Under the pieces are notes generated by a model. The model ran no database searches and was not told the origin of the DNA. It saw nothing but the letters and a program-made list of their open reading frames with translations. The translations under genes and the position numbers were made by a program. DNA of 64,000 nucleotides, from contig JADKIX010000005.1 of assembly GCA_016722635.1 (NCBI GenBank), positions 15,484 through 79,483 on the forward strand, in the 5' to 3' direction. This document shows, piece after piece, positions 9,185-18,216 of this stretch; the first letter of the stretch is position 1, and each line of letters begins with the position of its first letter. The stretch comes from Rhodospirillaceae bacterium (lineage in GTDB: Bacteria > Pseudomonadota > Alphaproteobacteria > JAEUKQ01).

Positions 9185-9552
9185 TTAAAAGCAGCCATCG
9201 CCATCAAAATTGGCGCGCCGCACCACGCCAGCGCGGATTGCAAAGCTTTCCTGGCACATATATTGGTTGCTGATCACCTCACCGCCATAACAAAAACGGC
9301 CGAACAGGCCCATTTCACAATCGGCTGGCACGCGGGTGCTTTCGATGCGGACGCGGCGATAGGTTAAAAAGCGGCTGCCCTGGCGGTCATAGAAATTGGT
9401 GGGGGCGCCAAGGGTGGCCACTAGCGCGGCCTCAGGCTTGCCTACCCACCCATTGATTTTTTCCACATAAACGGCCTGGCGTTCCTGATAGCTTTGGCAG
9501 GCGGCCAAGGCCGATAAGAACAAGAATGTTAGGGGGCAAATATTTTGTTCAT
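9185..9552 (-). pseudogene. Lipoprotein family member 3 with a frameshifted signal peptide
   Basis: The ancestral start ATG at 9552 (MNKIFAP) runs into a stop. The body continues in another frame (..LTFLFLSALAACQSYQ..DGDGCF). The shift lies at a C-run near 9530. Confidence 0.5.
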
Positions 9553-9856
9553 TTTTATTCTTTACAGCAGAAAAAGGGCGAAAAAATTGTAATTTCTTAC
9601 TCTTTACCAGAGGAAAAAAAAGGCCTTGTAAATTCCGATTCTATAGCTTCCCTATCCGCGTTTTTCACCCATAAAACCCTCTGTTTGATATATCTGACCC
9701 TTCAAGCATTGGGGGCAGATTTCGCGGGTTAACATTTTTTAAAAACAGCACCGGTTTTTTATGAAAAGCCAGGGCGATACCTCCCTCAGCTATCCGAAAA
9801 ATCTTAGGCAAGCCCTTTCCTTTTTAACCTGTCATGATCAGGCATAGCCATGCTGG

Positions 9857-10051
9857 TTAAGGCGCGGCTGGTTGCGGGAAAGGCGGCGGTACGGGGCCAG
9901 CGGGTGGCAATTGATCAGATGGGTTGTTTTTTTGCCATTCGGCTGCACGCTCTTCCCAGGTTTGACAGCCATTCCCCGTAGCAGATAGCTTGCAACAACC
10001 CGCCAGCATCCATAAACTGAAAATAATCATAAGGGGGAAAGTTTTCTTCAT
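9857..10051 (-). CDS. Small lipoprotein with a CC motif after the lipobox
   Basis: 64 aa. It has the canonical lipobox MLAGCC and a Pro-rich C-terminus. Confidence 0.55.
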   Translation of the reverse strand: MKKTFPLMIIFSLWMLAGCCKLSATGNGCQTWEERAAEWQKNNPSDQLPPAGPVPPPFPQPAAP

Positions 10052-10185
10052 GGATTGATGACCTCCAGTGAATGAGGTTTCACCTCAGCTGGAAACGGCA
10101 AGCCCGTCCGCCTCTCCGGCGGCCTGCAATCCCCGCAACAAGCCCCTAAAGCCAATAGGCTAAATATCAGAACGATGTTTTTCAT
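10048..10185 (-). CDS. 45-aa lipoprotein (below the track cutoff), translationally coupled to 9857-10051
   Basis: SD AAGGAG lies 9 nt upstream. The product is MKNIVLIFSLLALGACCGDC.... Its TGA overlaps the next ATG (ATGA). Confidence 0.45.
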   Translation of the reverse strand: MKNIVLIFSLLALGACCGDCRPPERRTGLPFPAEVKPHSLEVINP

Positions 10186-10429
10186 CAAACATCACTCCTT
10201 CCCCAAAAACCGCTTATCAATAAGCTGACCCTACCAGAAAACCTCGGGCAGGTCTAGGGTTGGGGGTAAAAATACTGATTTTGGGGAAATAAAAATGAGA
10301 TTTATTGTCATAAAAACACCCCCTAGACAAGCGGATCAGCTGTTATTAAGGTGTGGGATTGATGGGTAAGTTGTTTAACTCACCCGATCAAAGAATGACC
10401 AAAATACTGCCAGCCAAGGAGCAAGCCCC

Positions 10430-10759
10430 ATGAAACACCAAACCCGTTTGATTACCGCCAGCCTAAGCGCCCTATTCCTGTTGGTTGGGTGTCAGTCAAC
10501 AGTTCTAAAGAAGATATTTTGCCAAATTAGATTCCTGGAAAGGTCAAACTGATCAGCTTTATTAGCTGAAAGAGGAGCACCTGATCAAATCTTTGAATCT
10601 GGAAATACTAAGATATTTAACTTATCTTCCTTCTTAAACCATGAAGAACGGTCACATTGTTATAGTGGTTCTAGTGCGACTTCGACAATTATATTGTAAA
10701 GAAATTTTAATAGCAATAAAATCACTGAAACTAAAGCTGAAGGAAATGATTGCTTATAG
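10430..10759 (+). pseudogene. Decayed plus-strand copy of the GCF lipoprotein family
   Basis: SD AAGGAG and a signal with lipobox MKHQTRLITASLSALFLLVGC. It has in-frame TGA and TAA stops and a local frameshift. KLDSWKGQTDQL, LLAERGAPDQIF and the terminal EGNDCL still align with the family. Confidence 0.5.
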
Positions 10760-10816
10760 TATAGATATTTTATTATTCATTTCTTTAAAAACACTCCACG
10801 GCTATTTAAAATAGTC

Positions 10817-11284
10817 TTATTCTTTTGTTAAAGGCTTCGGAGGTTTTGGATCATTACGCCTATTATTATTATCAATCCCCGTCAATAAACTGCTGCCCAC
10901 GCCCAACGCGCCGGTGACAATGCCTAAATTGCCAGCGCGTTTGCTGGCTTTGGCCTGCCAGCGCAGCTGGCTGGATTGCACATTGCCCTGGTAGCGGTCG
11001 GCCAGGATGTTCCATTCGCTATCCCCCCGTTGGTCGGTTAAACTATCCAGCGCACTGCCGCCCATCTGCACGCCGCGCGCCCCTGCCCCCAACCGTTGTT
11101 GCGCCAATTGCCGTTCCGCCACATTCCGCTGCTGCTGTTCATGCAACCGGGTTTGCTGGTCATTCACCTTGGCCTGGTATTTATACATGCTGGCCTGCGA
11201 CCGGCTTTGCTGAAAATCACCCGCCACCTTAAAGGCCTGGCCCGCCGCCCCCATCACCAATCCACCCATTGCTATGCTGCACAT
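10817..11284 (-). CDS. Hypothetical virion-module protein (Q-rich coiled coil, Gly-rich hydrophobic ends)
   Basis: 155-aa ORF in the phage operon. I recognise no family. Confidence 0.45.
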   Translation of the reverse strand: MCSIAMGGLVMGAAGQAFKVAGDFQQSRSQASMYKYQAKVNDQQTRLHEQQQRNVAERQLAQQRLGAGARGVQMGGSALDSLTDQRGDSEWNILADRYQGNVQSSQLRWQAKASKRAGNLGIVTGALGVGSSLLTGIDNNNRRNDPKPPKPLTKE

Positions 11285-11546
11285 TCATGTCCTCCATTCG
11301 TATGATTTAATAGTTAACAATTTAGAATGATTAAGTTCTTTGAGATTTTTCAGAATTATTCTTGATTTTCGGGTTGCGAAATCCACTTTTCCTATTCCCC
11401 ATCAAAGAAATAGTTTTGAGAATAGCTTGCTTGTTTTGAGAGAGTACGGGTAGGAATTTAAATCCCGGCACCAGCAAGCTTGATATTACTGCTGACGGAA
11501 GATTACCGGGGAAGATAAAAAAGTTAAAAAAACAGTGGTAACTTTT

Positions 11547-11910
11547 TCAGGTATTTTGTTTATCAGGGATCACGGTTGCAGAAGCACGTTTTATTAAATT
11601 GACTATAAAATTATTGATAATATGTGTGCTAAAAATCGATACCCACATTGACAATCCTCTTATACGCGCTCCGCTGCCTTGATCATCTATTAATTCAGGG
11701 TAGGCTGCATAGAAAAGATAAGTTAAATAATGTCCAAACACCTAGAAGGAAAAGAAGATTTATCAACCATCTTTGAATAATGGTTTCTCGTAAAACCAAT
11801 TTTGTTACATAATTTAATTCTTTTGGCCTGAAAATTCTTATAACGCACACTATTCCTAGATATATTAACGCTATTAAGGCTAGCATTTGTATTAATAATT
11901 CCTCAACCAT
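11547..11910 (-). pseudogene. Hydrophobic small protein split over two frames (AT-rich island)
   Basis: Track ORFs 11695-11910 and 11547-11741 overlap in different frames. Joined, they would give one ~120-aa membrane protein. Confidence 0.3.
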
Positions 11911-12118
11911 ATTTATCTCTCAAATTTTGGGCTTATATTTTTAGTAATTTATATAATAATATCTTCAATAAAACTTAATCGGATATCAGGGTCAATGGAA
12001 GCGCTTTTCTTAAAATAGGGTTTTCTTTGATCAAATAGCCCATTTGTTAGGCATCATTAAACATAAGCTGCTTGTTTTGATATATTTTACGAAGAAAAAG
12101 AAATATCCAACCTTTCGA

Positions 12119-12745
12119 TTACTGTTGATAAGCTCCTAATTCTCTCATTAAAGACAAAACTTCACGATTGGGCTGTTTCGGGCATTCTTTTAAAAGATCA
12201 TCCGTCAGTTTTTCCAGTTTTGCTAAGTTAAAAAACGTTTCTTTTTTGGAAAAAAACCCATCAACCCATATTATCTTTACCATATTTTCCATTTTTTCAT
12301 CAAAACCCGCGATGAAAGTGCGGCAATTCTGATGAATTAAGGAAAAAACCCTTTCATTTATTAAGGGTTCATGGTCGAAAATATCGCGGACAACATTTAA
12401 AAACAAAGCATCAGGTTTTTTCGCACACTGCGCACTTGTTTGCTCAATATTCCTTACCATGCGCTCTTCGGGCTCCCACCCTAGAGAGCTGCTCAAATAC
12501 CCATCGGCCCAAACAAATAAAATGATGACAAGATTGGCTTCAAACCATAAATGCCTGATATTTTGTGTTTTAGGGTCATTATGCAAATCATAGGTTTCAA
12601 AAAAGATGTTCAGGTAGCCTTTACACGTTAACTTCGTTAAATCGAATGTCTGGGGCTGATCAGCTTTTGCCATATGGTAAGAGGAAGCGAGTAAATAAAT
12701 TACAGCGAGGGCCGTATGAACAAATTTGCGAATGGATTTTGTCAT
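12119..12745 (-). CDS. Exported protein with two HdeA-like repeats
   Basis: It has a signal peptide and two repeats of L-T-C-x-x-[FY]L ... W-x-D-G-[YF] ... C-x-K-x-P (LTCKGYLN/WADGYLS/CAKKP and NCRTFIAG/WVDGFFS/CPKQP). It is a paralog of 12943-13560. Confidence 0.5.
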   Translation of the reverse strand: MTKSIRKFVHTALAVIYLLASSYHMAKADQPQTFDLTKLTCKGYLNIFFETYDLHNDPKTQNIRHLWFEANLVIILFVWADGYLSSSLGWEPEERMVRNIEQTSAQCAKKPDALFLNVVRDIFDHEPLINERVFSLIHQNCRTFIAGFDEKMENMVKIIWVDGFFSKKETFFNLAKLEKLTDDLLKECPKQPNREVLSLMRELGAYQQ

Positions 12746-12942
12746 TTTTATTTTCCATAATGATTGCCATAGATAAAACTTTCAGTTTTATTTATCAACA
12801 AGCTTTTTAAGCATAAAATGAATATAACTAGAAACTGAACTAAATAATATTAGCATATTCCATACCTCTCCCCCATAAACCCGATAATTATTCTTACTTA
12901 TAACAAAAACTGAACAAACAAATTTGAAGGTTCCAGTGATAC

Positions 12943-13560
12943 TTAATATTGACCAATTTCCTTAATGACTGACAGAATATTGCGCTCTAACTGACGAAAA
13001 CATTCGTTTGGTAATTCATCAGTATTTTTTTCGAGCTTATTATAGTTAAATTCTGCCCCCTTGGTAAAAAAGCCGTCGAACCAAATTGTCCAGTCTATCA
13101 CATCAGCGTTATTTTCTAATAATTCCACTAAAAATTGGCCACATGTCCAGTTCGGAAAAGCCCATGGTTCTAAATTATGCATCTCATTTTTATTATATTC
13201 TTCCCAGGTTTTATTAAAAGATGATGTAAACAACGTGAAAGGCTGCTCACAAGTATCTTTAAGAGCTCGATTTACCTTTAAAATACGTTTAAATGGCTGG
13301 TATTCATATGTATCACTTAACCAACCATCAGTCCAAATGACCATCATTAAAGCTTTATTGTTCTTATACTGAAAAGGTGGATCATTTGGGTCTTGTTGAT
13401 CCTGTCGAAGCTTATCTGATTCCTTCTCAGAGAGAGAAAGTTTATAAAAGTCCAAGCAGGTTAGCTTATCCAAGTCATAGATGATTGACTGGGCTTGGGA
13501 GGTAAAGGATGGTAAAAAGAAAGCAAAGAATAACAAAAGTAGGCTAAATATCTTACGCAT
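12943..13560 (-). CDS. Exported protein with two HdeA-like repeats, paralog
   Basis: Signal peptide MRKIFSLLLLFFAFFLPSFTSQA. Motifs LTCLDFYKL/WTDGWLS and WTCGQFLVE/WFDGFFT. Confidence 0.5.
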   Translation of the reverse strand: MRKIFSLLLLFFAFFLPSFTSQAQSIIYDLDKLTCLDFYKLSLSEKESDKLRQDQQDPNDPPFQYKNNKALMMVIWTDGWLSDTYEYQPFKRILKVNRALKDTCEQPFTLFTSSFNKTWEEYNKNEMHNLEPWAFPNWTCGQFLVELLENNADVIDWTIWFDGFFTKGAEFNYNKLEKNTDELPNECFRQLERNILSVIKEIGQY

Positions 13561-13689
13561 TATTCTACCTCTTAATGATGGAACACTTAATAGTGGAAAT
13601 TAGGACAGATAATAAAAAGAAAACTGTTTTGATATCAGCACCCATTTATAAAATTGTGAAGTAAATTTATTTTTATAACCTTATCTTAA

Positions 13690-14132
13690 TTAATTTAGGG
13701 CTATACCAGATAAGGGTAAATTCGGATTTGAAGCACCTGGTCCGTTACTGTGTTTTTGGTAAGCATTACCTGCAGCAGTCAATCTATTAGCTTTGGGAAG
13801 TTTAGCAGCTTCTAAGAGTTGTTGGTTAGAAAAAGGTATATCCCGTCTTGTAAATTTAAATTTCTGAGTCTTACCTGTACTGGAAGTAAAATACGGTTGT
13901 GGTGATGATTGTATAGTTCCTATATTGTTCTGTAAAGGGGTTCGTGAGGAGTTGGGTGTAGTGGCCTGTTGGCCAGGGGTTACCGTACTTTGGGGGTTGG
14001 CAAGATTGGCTTGGCCAGGGTTAAGGAGTTATTCGGGTTGGCTAGTTGATTGCCGGGGTTAAGGGGTTGATTGCCAATGTTGTTACCGGGCGTGACAGCG
14101 CCAGGATTAAGGGCAGTGGCGGGATTTCCTGG
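13690..14132 (-). pseudogene. Displaced 3' end of the gene now annotated at 14963-15487
   Basis: It contains repeat copy A (with a 1-nt deletion) and then continues in the coding direction as ..IQSSPQPYFTSSTGKTQKF...AGNAYQKHSNGPGA..LN stop. Confidence 0.45.
13909..14132. repeat. Direct repeat copy A (224 bp)
   Basis: It matches 14996-15220 except for about six substitutions and one 1-nt deletion (ccagggtt versus ccaggggtt). Confidence 0.85.
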
Positions 14133-14206
14133 TGATCACAGCGGACAAAAAGGGCAGCCAAGCTGCCCTTTCGTTAAACGCATTGCCTCACATTTATCAA
14201 GCATCC

Positions 14207-14410
14207 TTAAAGGTTTTTCCACCTCGCTTTCGGCCAACAAATCTTGACTTGGTCCCATGTTTGGCATCCTAATTGATAAATATGAAGGCTTTTTATTAGT
14301 TCTAAATCTTTTTTATTATTTCTAATTTTTTCTATTTCTTCGATTAGAGAATTTTCAATTTCATTGTTATTATGGCTTTTAAACAAATCAACAATTTGTT
14401 GAATAGACAT
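14207..14410 (-). CDS. Hypothetical small protein inside the AT-rich insert
   Basis: 67-aa ORF. It is the only intact ORF in the 14133-14995 insert. Confidence 0.3.
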   Translation of the reverse strand: MSIQQIVDLFKSHNNNEIENSLIEEIEKIRNNKKDLELIKSLHIYQLGCQTWDQVKICWPKARWKNL

Positions 14411-14962
14411 AGATCGTCCTTTTTCATCACCTTCTAAAAGATGGACTCAAACGATAAGAGTTCCAGAAAATAATAGTTTATTAGGTATCTTTTCTTCAAA
14501 TATTTTAGACTTCTCCTTCTACTCATTTAAAACTTAATAATTCTGGGGTAAGCTGTAAAATATAATATTCTCCATCACCCTGCTTTCTAATACCCATCCT
14601 TGTTTTAGGTATTCTTCAAAGTTTTGGCTCCCCCCTGTGATCCCAAACTGTCAATTGCGTATTATCTGGTGTGAATGATAATACTAATGAAGTTTGCTTT
14701 GAGTAATCATTGATTATTATTCTTTGCTTTATCAAATTTTTTAATTCCAAAGAATCCGCATGGTCACAGGTATTTCTTGATGTATTTTGAAGAGTTGCTG
14801 CGGGTTGAATAAGCGTTAAAATTTCTTCATTTTCAAAAGAGCTAACTAATTAATAAAGTTTGAAATTCTGTTCGGATCATTAGCCCGTTGTAATAATGCT
14901 TGTCTTTTAAAAGATCTGACATGGCCACCCTTATAATTTGGTAATATTGGGGTTCCATTTAT

Positions 14963-15487
14963 TCATAAATAGATGCCAATGATCTTGGTATTTGGTTGTA
15001 CAGTTCCTATATTGTTCTGTAAAGGGGTTTTTGAGGAGTTGGGTGTAGTGGCCTGTTGGCCAGGGGTTACCGTACTTTGGGGGTTGGCAAGATTGGCTTG
15101 GCCAGGGGTTAAGGAGTTATTCGGGTTGGCTAGTTGATTGCCGGGGTTAAGGGGTTGATTGCCAATGTTGTTACCGGGCGTGACAGCGCCCGGATTCAGG
15201 GCAGTGGCGGGATTGCCTGGGGTTGTGATATTCCCTGAGGTTGTGCTCCTGGGGTTGCCGTGGCAAGCCATTGCCTGGATTGGTGGGGATATTGGTATTG
15301 CCCTGGCTTGGGTGGATATTGAGGTTGGGGTTGGAGTGACCGATAGCGCATTATGGCCAGGGAACCGGGGCGGGGCTTGGGTAAGTTTATGTCCGATTAT
15401 GAAGTCCAACAACATCTGCACATTTGGGGGTGCGCCGAGTTCAGCGGCGAGTTGGCTGGCACCAGCGCCAGCGCCAGCGGCCAACAT
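14963..15487 (-). CDS. Truncated Pro/Asn/Gly/Thr-rich phage internal-region protein
   Basis: 174 aa. The reading frame leaves repeat B and stops after 12 codons of AT-rich insert DNA, and the native tail is at 13690-13908. The N-terminal limit is uncertain because an overlapping ORF 15397-15609 lies in another frame. Confidence 0.4.
   Translation of the reverse strand: MLAAGAGAGASQLAAELGAPPNVQMLLDFIIGHKLTQAPPRFPGHNALSVTPTPTSISTQARAIPISPPIQAMACHGNPRSTTSGNITTPGNPATALNPGAVTPGNNIGNQPLNPGNQLANPNNSLTPGQANLANPQSTVTPGQQATTPNSSKTPLQNNIGTVQPNTKIIGIYL
14996..15220. repeat. Direct repeat copy B (225 bp)
   Basis: See copy A. It lies inside the coding sequence of 14963-15487. Confidence 0.85.
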
Positions 15488-15711
15488 GGCCGGGAAGCCC
15501 CCAAGGGCAGCATAGGGTAAAGCGGAAGCTGTTTGGTAAAATATACGCCCCCTGCGGTTTCTGCCTCAACCCTGGGATCCACCGGAGATGGAATTGCGGA
15601 TATCCTCAAAACCCGTAAAGGAACGAATTCTTCCCAATGACGGAGGCGGCATTTCCATTAATCTTCGACCAGCCCTGTTGCCGCCAGTTAAGGCTAGGAC
15701 CCCACTTACCA

Positions 15712-16029
15712 CTATGCCGGGGCAAGTTTATCCAACATATCGGGGGTGAGGAAGCCGGGATTGGGCTGGCCAGGACTTACCAGGCGGTCTAAGGTGTCAT
15801 CGCTTTGGTCGATACGGAAGAATTGCAAACTGTTCCAAGTTTGCAGCAGTTGGGGATAAGAGATTTGGTGGGTTTGATAAAGCTTGAGCAATTGGTTTAA
15901 AAGGGAGAGGAAGTGGACGGTGGCGGGACGGCTGTCCATGAAGCCAGCGGTGCCTTCTTCTGGTAAGCCCAAGGCTTTAGGGTCTTGACCCGTCATTTGC
16001 ACGAGAAGATTACGGATGGCATTGCTCAT
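15712..16029 (-). CDS. Hypothetical phage protein
   Basis: 105-aa ORF in the operon. Its start is overlapped (ATGA) by a possible 36-aa upstream ORF. Confidence 0.45.
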   Translation of the reverse strand: MSNAIRNLLVQMTGQDPKALGLPEEGTAGFMDSRPATVHFLSLLNQLLKLYQTHQISYPQLLQTWNSLQFFRIDQSDDTLDRLVSPGQPNPGFLTPDMLDKLAPA

Positions 16030-16216
16030 ATATTTGTCATCTTGACGGTCACGGTGAGGAAGGCGGCCAAAGCCGGATCGATATGAAGGGCTTTGGCAAG
16101 GTATTGATCACCGGGAGGTAAAGATAAAGCGCCCATTTCAGGATCATGGGGCCAGCTGTTGCAATTGCTCTGGGGTGAGGCCCAAGAAAGCGGCAATCAG
16201 CTTTTCAGCCTTCGTA

Positions 16217-18019
16217 TCATGACGTTGGCCATATTGCGTCCGTGGTGAGGGGAAGCCGGGATACATTACCTGGCAAGAGTTGATCGCGGTCGGGCTTAGG
16301 ATCTGACCATGCCGAACGCCTTCGATTCAGGGGTTTGGGAAGACGGGGCAGAGCAGCCAGGCTTGGGGAAGCGAAAGCGCCATCGCCGGGGGTAAGGCGC
16401 AGTTGTTGGTTCAGTTGCTCAGTTGTTAAAGAAATGATGCGGAGGTTTTGGGGAACGTTGTTCTGGGGGTCAGCCGAGAGTTGGGCCAATTCATCGCGCC
16501 GCGCTTGGATCAAGGGCTGCAGCCTGGCTTGCACCATCTGATCGGGATGATGGGCGGCTTGGTATTCGAAGGTTTTAAGGTCATCTTGCAATTGCCGCAG
16601 GGCGATGATCCGCTGGGCGGTTTGCTGCCCCAAGATGGTGGGGTCTTTGCTATCCGGGACGGGCGGCAAGGTTGGGGAAGTGAGGAGGTTATAGAGGCGG
16701 TTGTGGGGATCGGCGGCCCCGCCTAATTGCCAATCGGGCAAGAGGGTGGAGGCTGCAAAATTATGGGCTAACACCTCATCCGGCAATTGGGCAGCTAAGG
16801 ATGGGTTGGTTTGCCAGGCTTCTGCTAAGCGTTGGCTGAACTTCAAGCCATCCCGGCCGTGGATCAGGCGGTTGAGGGCAGGCTTGGCGGATTTGGGGAC
16901 AATCCCGGTTAAGCGGAAGAGATCAGGTAAGGTACCGGATAATTGTTGATCGCTGTCTTTGCCATGATTAAGAAGGAAATGGTAATCCGCGGCTTGCAGA
17001 TCATCTTGGTTATGAGGATCAAGGGGTTGATCCTTAAACCCCTGCTGGATACGGTCCAAATAAGCTTGATGCTTGGCGCTTTGGGTGACGGCATGGGCGC
17101 TTAATTGTGACAATAGATTAAGGGTGTGTTGGGGTAAGGCTTGGGTCAATTCCAGATCAGCCAGCTCAGAGGGGGATAATTGCCCGGCCTTGGCCAGATA
17201 ATCCTGGGATTTGCTGAACCAGTTCTTGAGGCGGTTGCCGGTCTGTTGCAACAAGGCTTGTTGCTGTTGGCGTTGGTGATCAAGCGGCAGGGAATGCAAG
17301 CGGCGCTCGGCCCGTTGCTCAAGCCGTTGGCGGTCTTGTGGGTTTAAGCCCACCAGCAAGGGATTGGTATGCAAGGCTTGGGCGATGCTATGGGGGGCGT
17401 TGTTCAATAACAGGTTAGCCTGGTCTTGGGCTAAGGAACGTTTAAAGCTATCGCCTAAGCGTTCGGCATCCTCCCCGGGGATAATCCCCTCATCCCTAGC
17501 GTCTTGCAGTAATTGCAATCCCTTATGCAGATGCCAGGCTTGCTGTTGGGGCAGGGTGGCCGAGGAGGCAAGGGTTTGATGTTTTTGCAACAATTGGGGT
17601 ACATGGCTGGCGGCTGATTGGTTAACCCCTGCGGCCTCATCAGCTTGTTTCTGCAAGGCCAAGCTGTGGGTTAACAAATCCGCATCCTCCAGCACCTGGC
17701 CGGGCAGATATTTGCTGGTGGGCAGCTTCTTGCCCTGCATCATATGATCTAACATCCAGGCATGGGCGTTGATCAAGGTTGCGGCAGGCTTGGGGGTTAA
17801 GGCGGGCAAGGGCGAATGCAGCGTGAAATCATCCATGCCCCCCTCATCCATCCCTGCATCAAAGCCGGTATGACCCCACCCCGCCGCCTGCCCCCACCCG
17901 CTATTGAGGCTAAGGCTGATGCCGTTCGGGTTAAAGGGCGAATCCTTAGCCTCCCCCCAGCCTTTAGTTGCCGGATCATCCTCTCCTCGGTATTTTATAC
18001 GTTCCTTAAACTCACCCAT
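16217..18019 (-). CDS. Large Gln-rich protein, probable internal virion/ejection protein
   Basis: 600 aa starting at the Met with SD GGAGGTAGGG. It lies directly after tail tubular B, where T7-type phages encode internal core proteins. I recognise no motif. Confidence 0.5.
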   Translation of the reverse strand: MGEFKERIKYRGEDDPATKGWGEAKDSPFNPNGISLSLNSGWGQAAGWGHTGFDAGMDEGGMDDFTLHSPLPALTPKPAATLINAHAWMLDHMMQGKKLPTSKYLPGQVLEDADLLTHSLALQKQADEAAGVNQSAASHVPQLLQKHQTLASSATLPQQQAWHLHKGLQLLQDARDEGIIPGEDAERLGDSFKRSLAQDQANLLLNNAPHSIAQALHTNPLLVGLNPQDRQRLEQRAERRLHSLPLDHQRQQQQALLQQTGNRLKNWFSKSQDYLAKAGQLSPSELADLELTQALPQHTLNLLSQLSAHAVTQSAKHQAYLDRIQQGFKDQPLDPHNQDDLQAADYHFLLNHGKDSDQQLSGTLPDLFRLTGIVPKSAKPALNRLIHGRDGLKFSQRLAEAWQTNPSLAAQLPDEVLAHNFAASTLLPDWQLGGAADPHNRLYNLLTSPTLPPVPDSKDPTILGQQTAQRIIALRQLQDDLKTFEYQAAHHPDQMVQARLQPLIQARRDELAQLSADPQNNVPQNLRIISLTTEQLNQQLRLTPGDGAFASPSLAALPRLPKPLNRRRSAWSDPKPDRDQLLPGNVSRLPLTTDAIWPTS

Positions 18020-18216
18020 CCCTACCTCCACTCCGTTATTTGAAAATACTTGAATAGGACTGCCATTGAAATCAACATATGTTCATTATATGTTCTTGTT
18101 GATGACACAGTTTTTTAAAAGAAAAATCCCCTGCCTTCGTCATGATAAGTCTAAGGAAGATCAGGAATTATAAAAATGCTATGACGATACTCTTCCTGAA
18201 CAGCTTGATTAAAAGC

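Noticed and set aside
13909-15220. The 224-bp direct repeats could be a template/variable repeat pair of a diversity-generating retroelement, since BPP-1-like podophages carry DGRs.
   Set aside because: No reverse-transcriptase-like ORF exists anywhere in the window. The few mismatches are not confined to adenines of one copy, and one copy has an indel. A plain duplication or insertion explains it better.
16026-16136. A possible 36-aa ORF (MGALSLPPGDQYLAKALHIDPALAAFLTVTVKMTNI) has a TGA that overlaps the ATG of 15712-16029.
   Set aside because: There is no convincing SD, and the ORF is too short to evaluate without comparative data. I did not list it as a feature.
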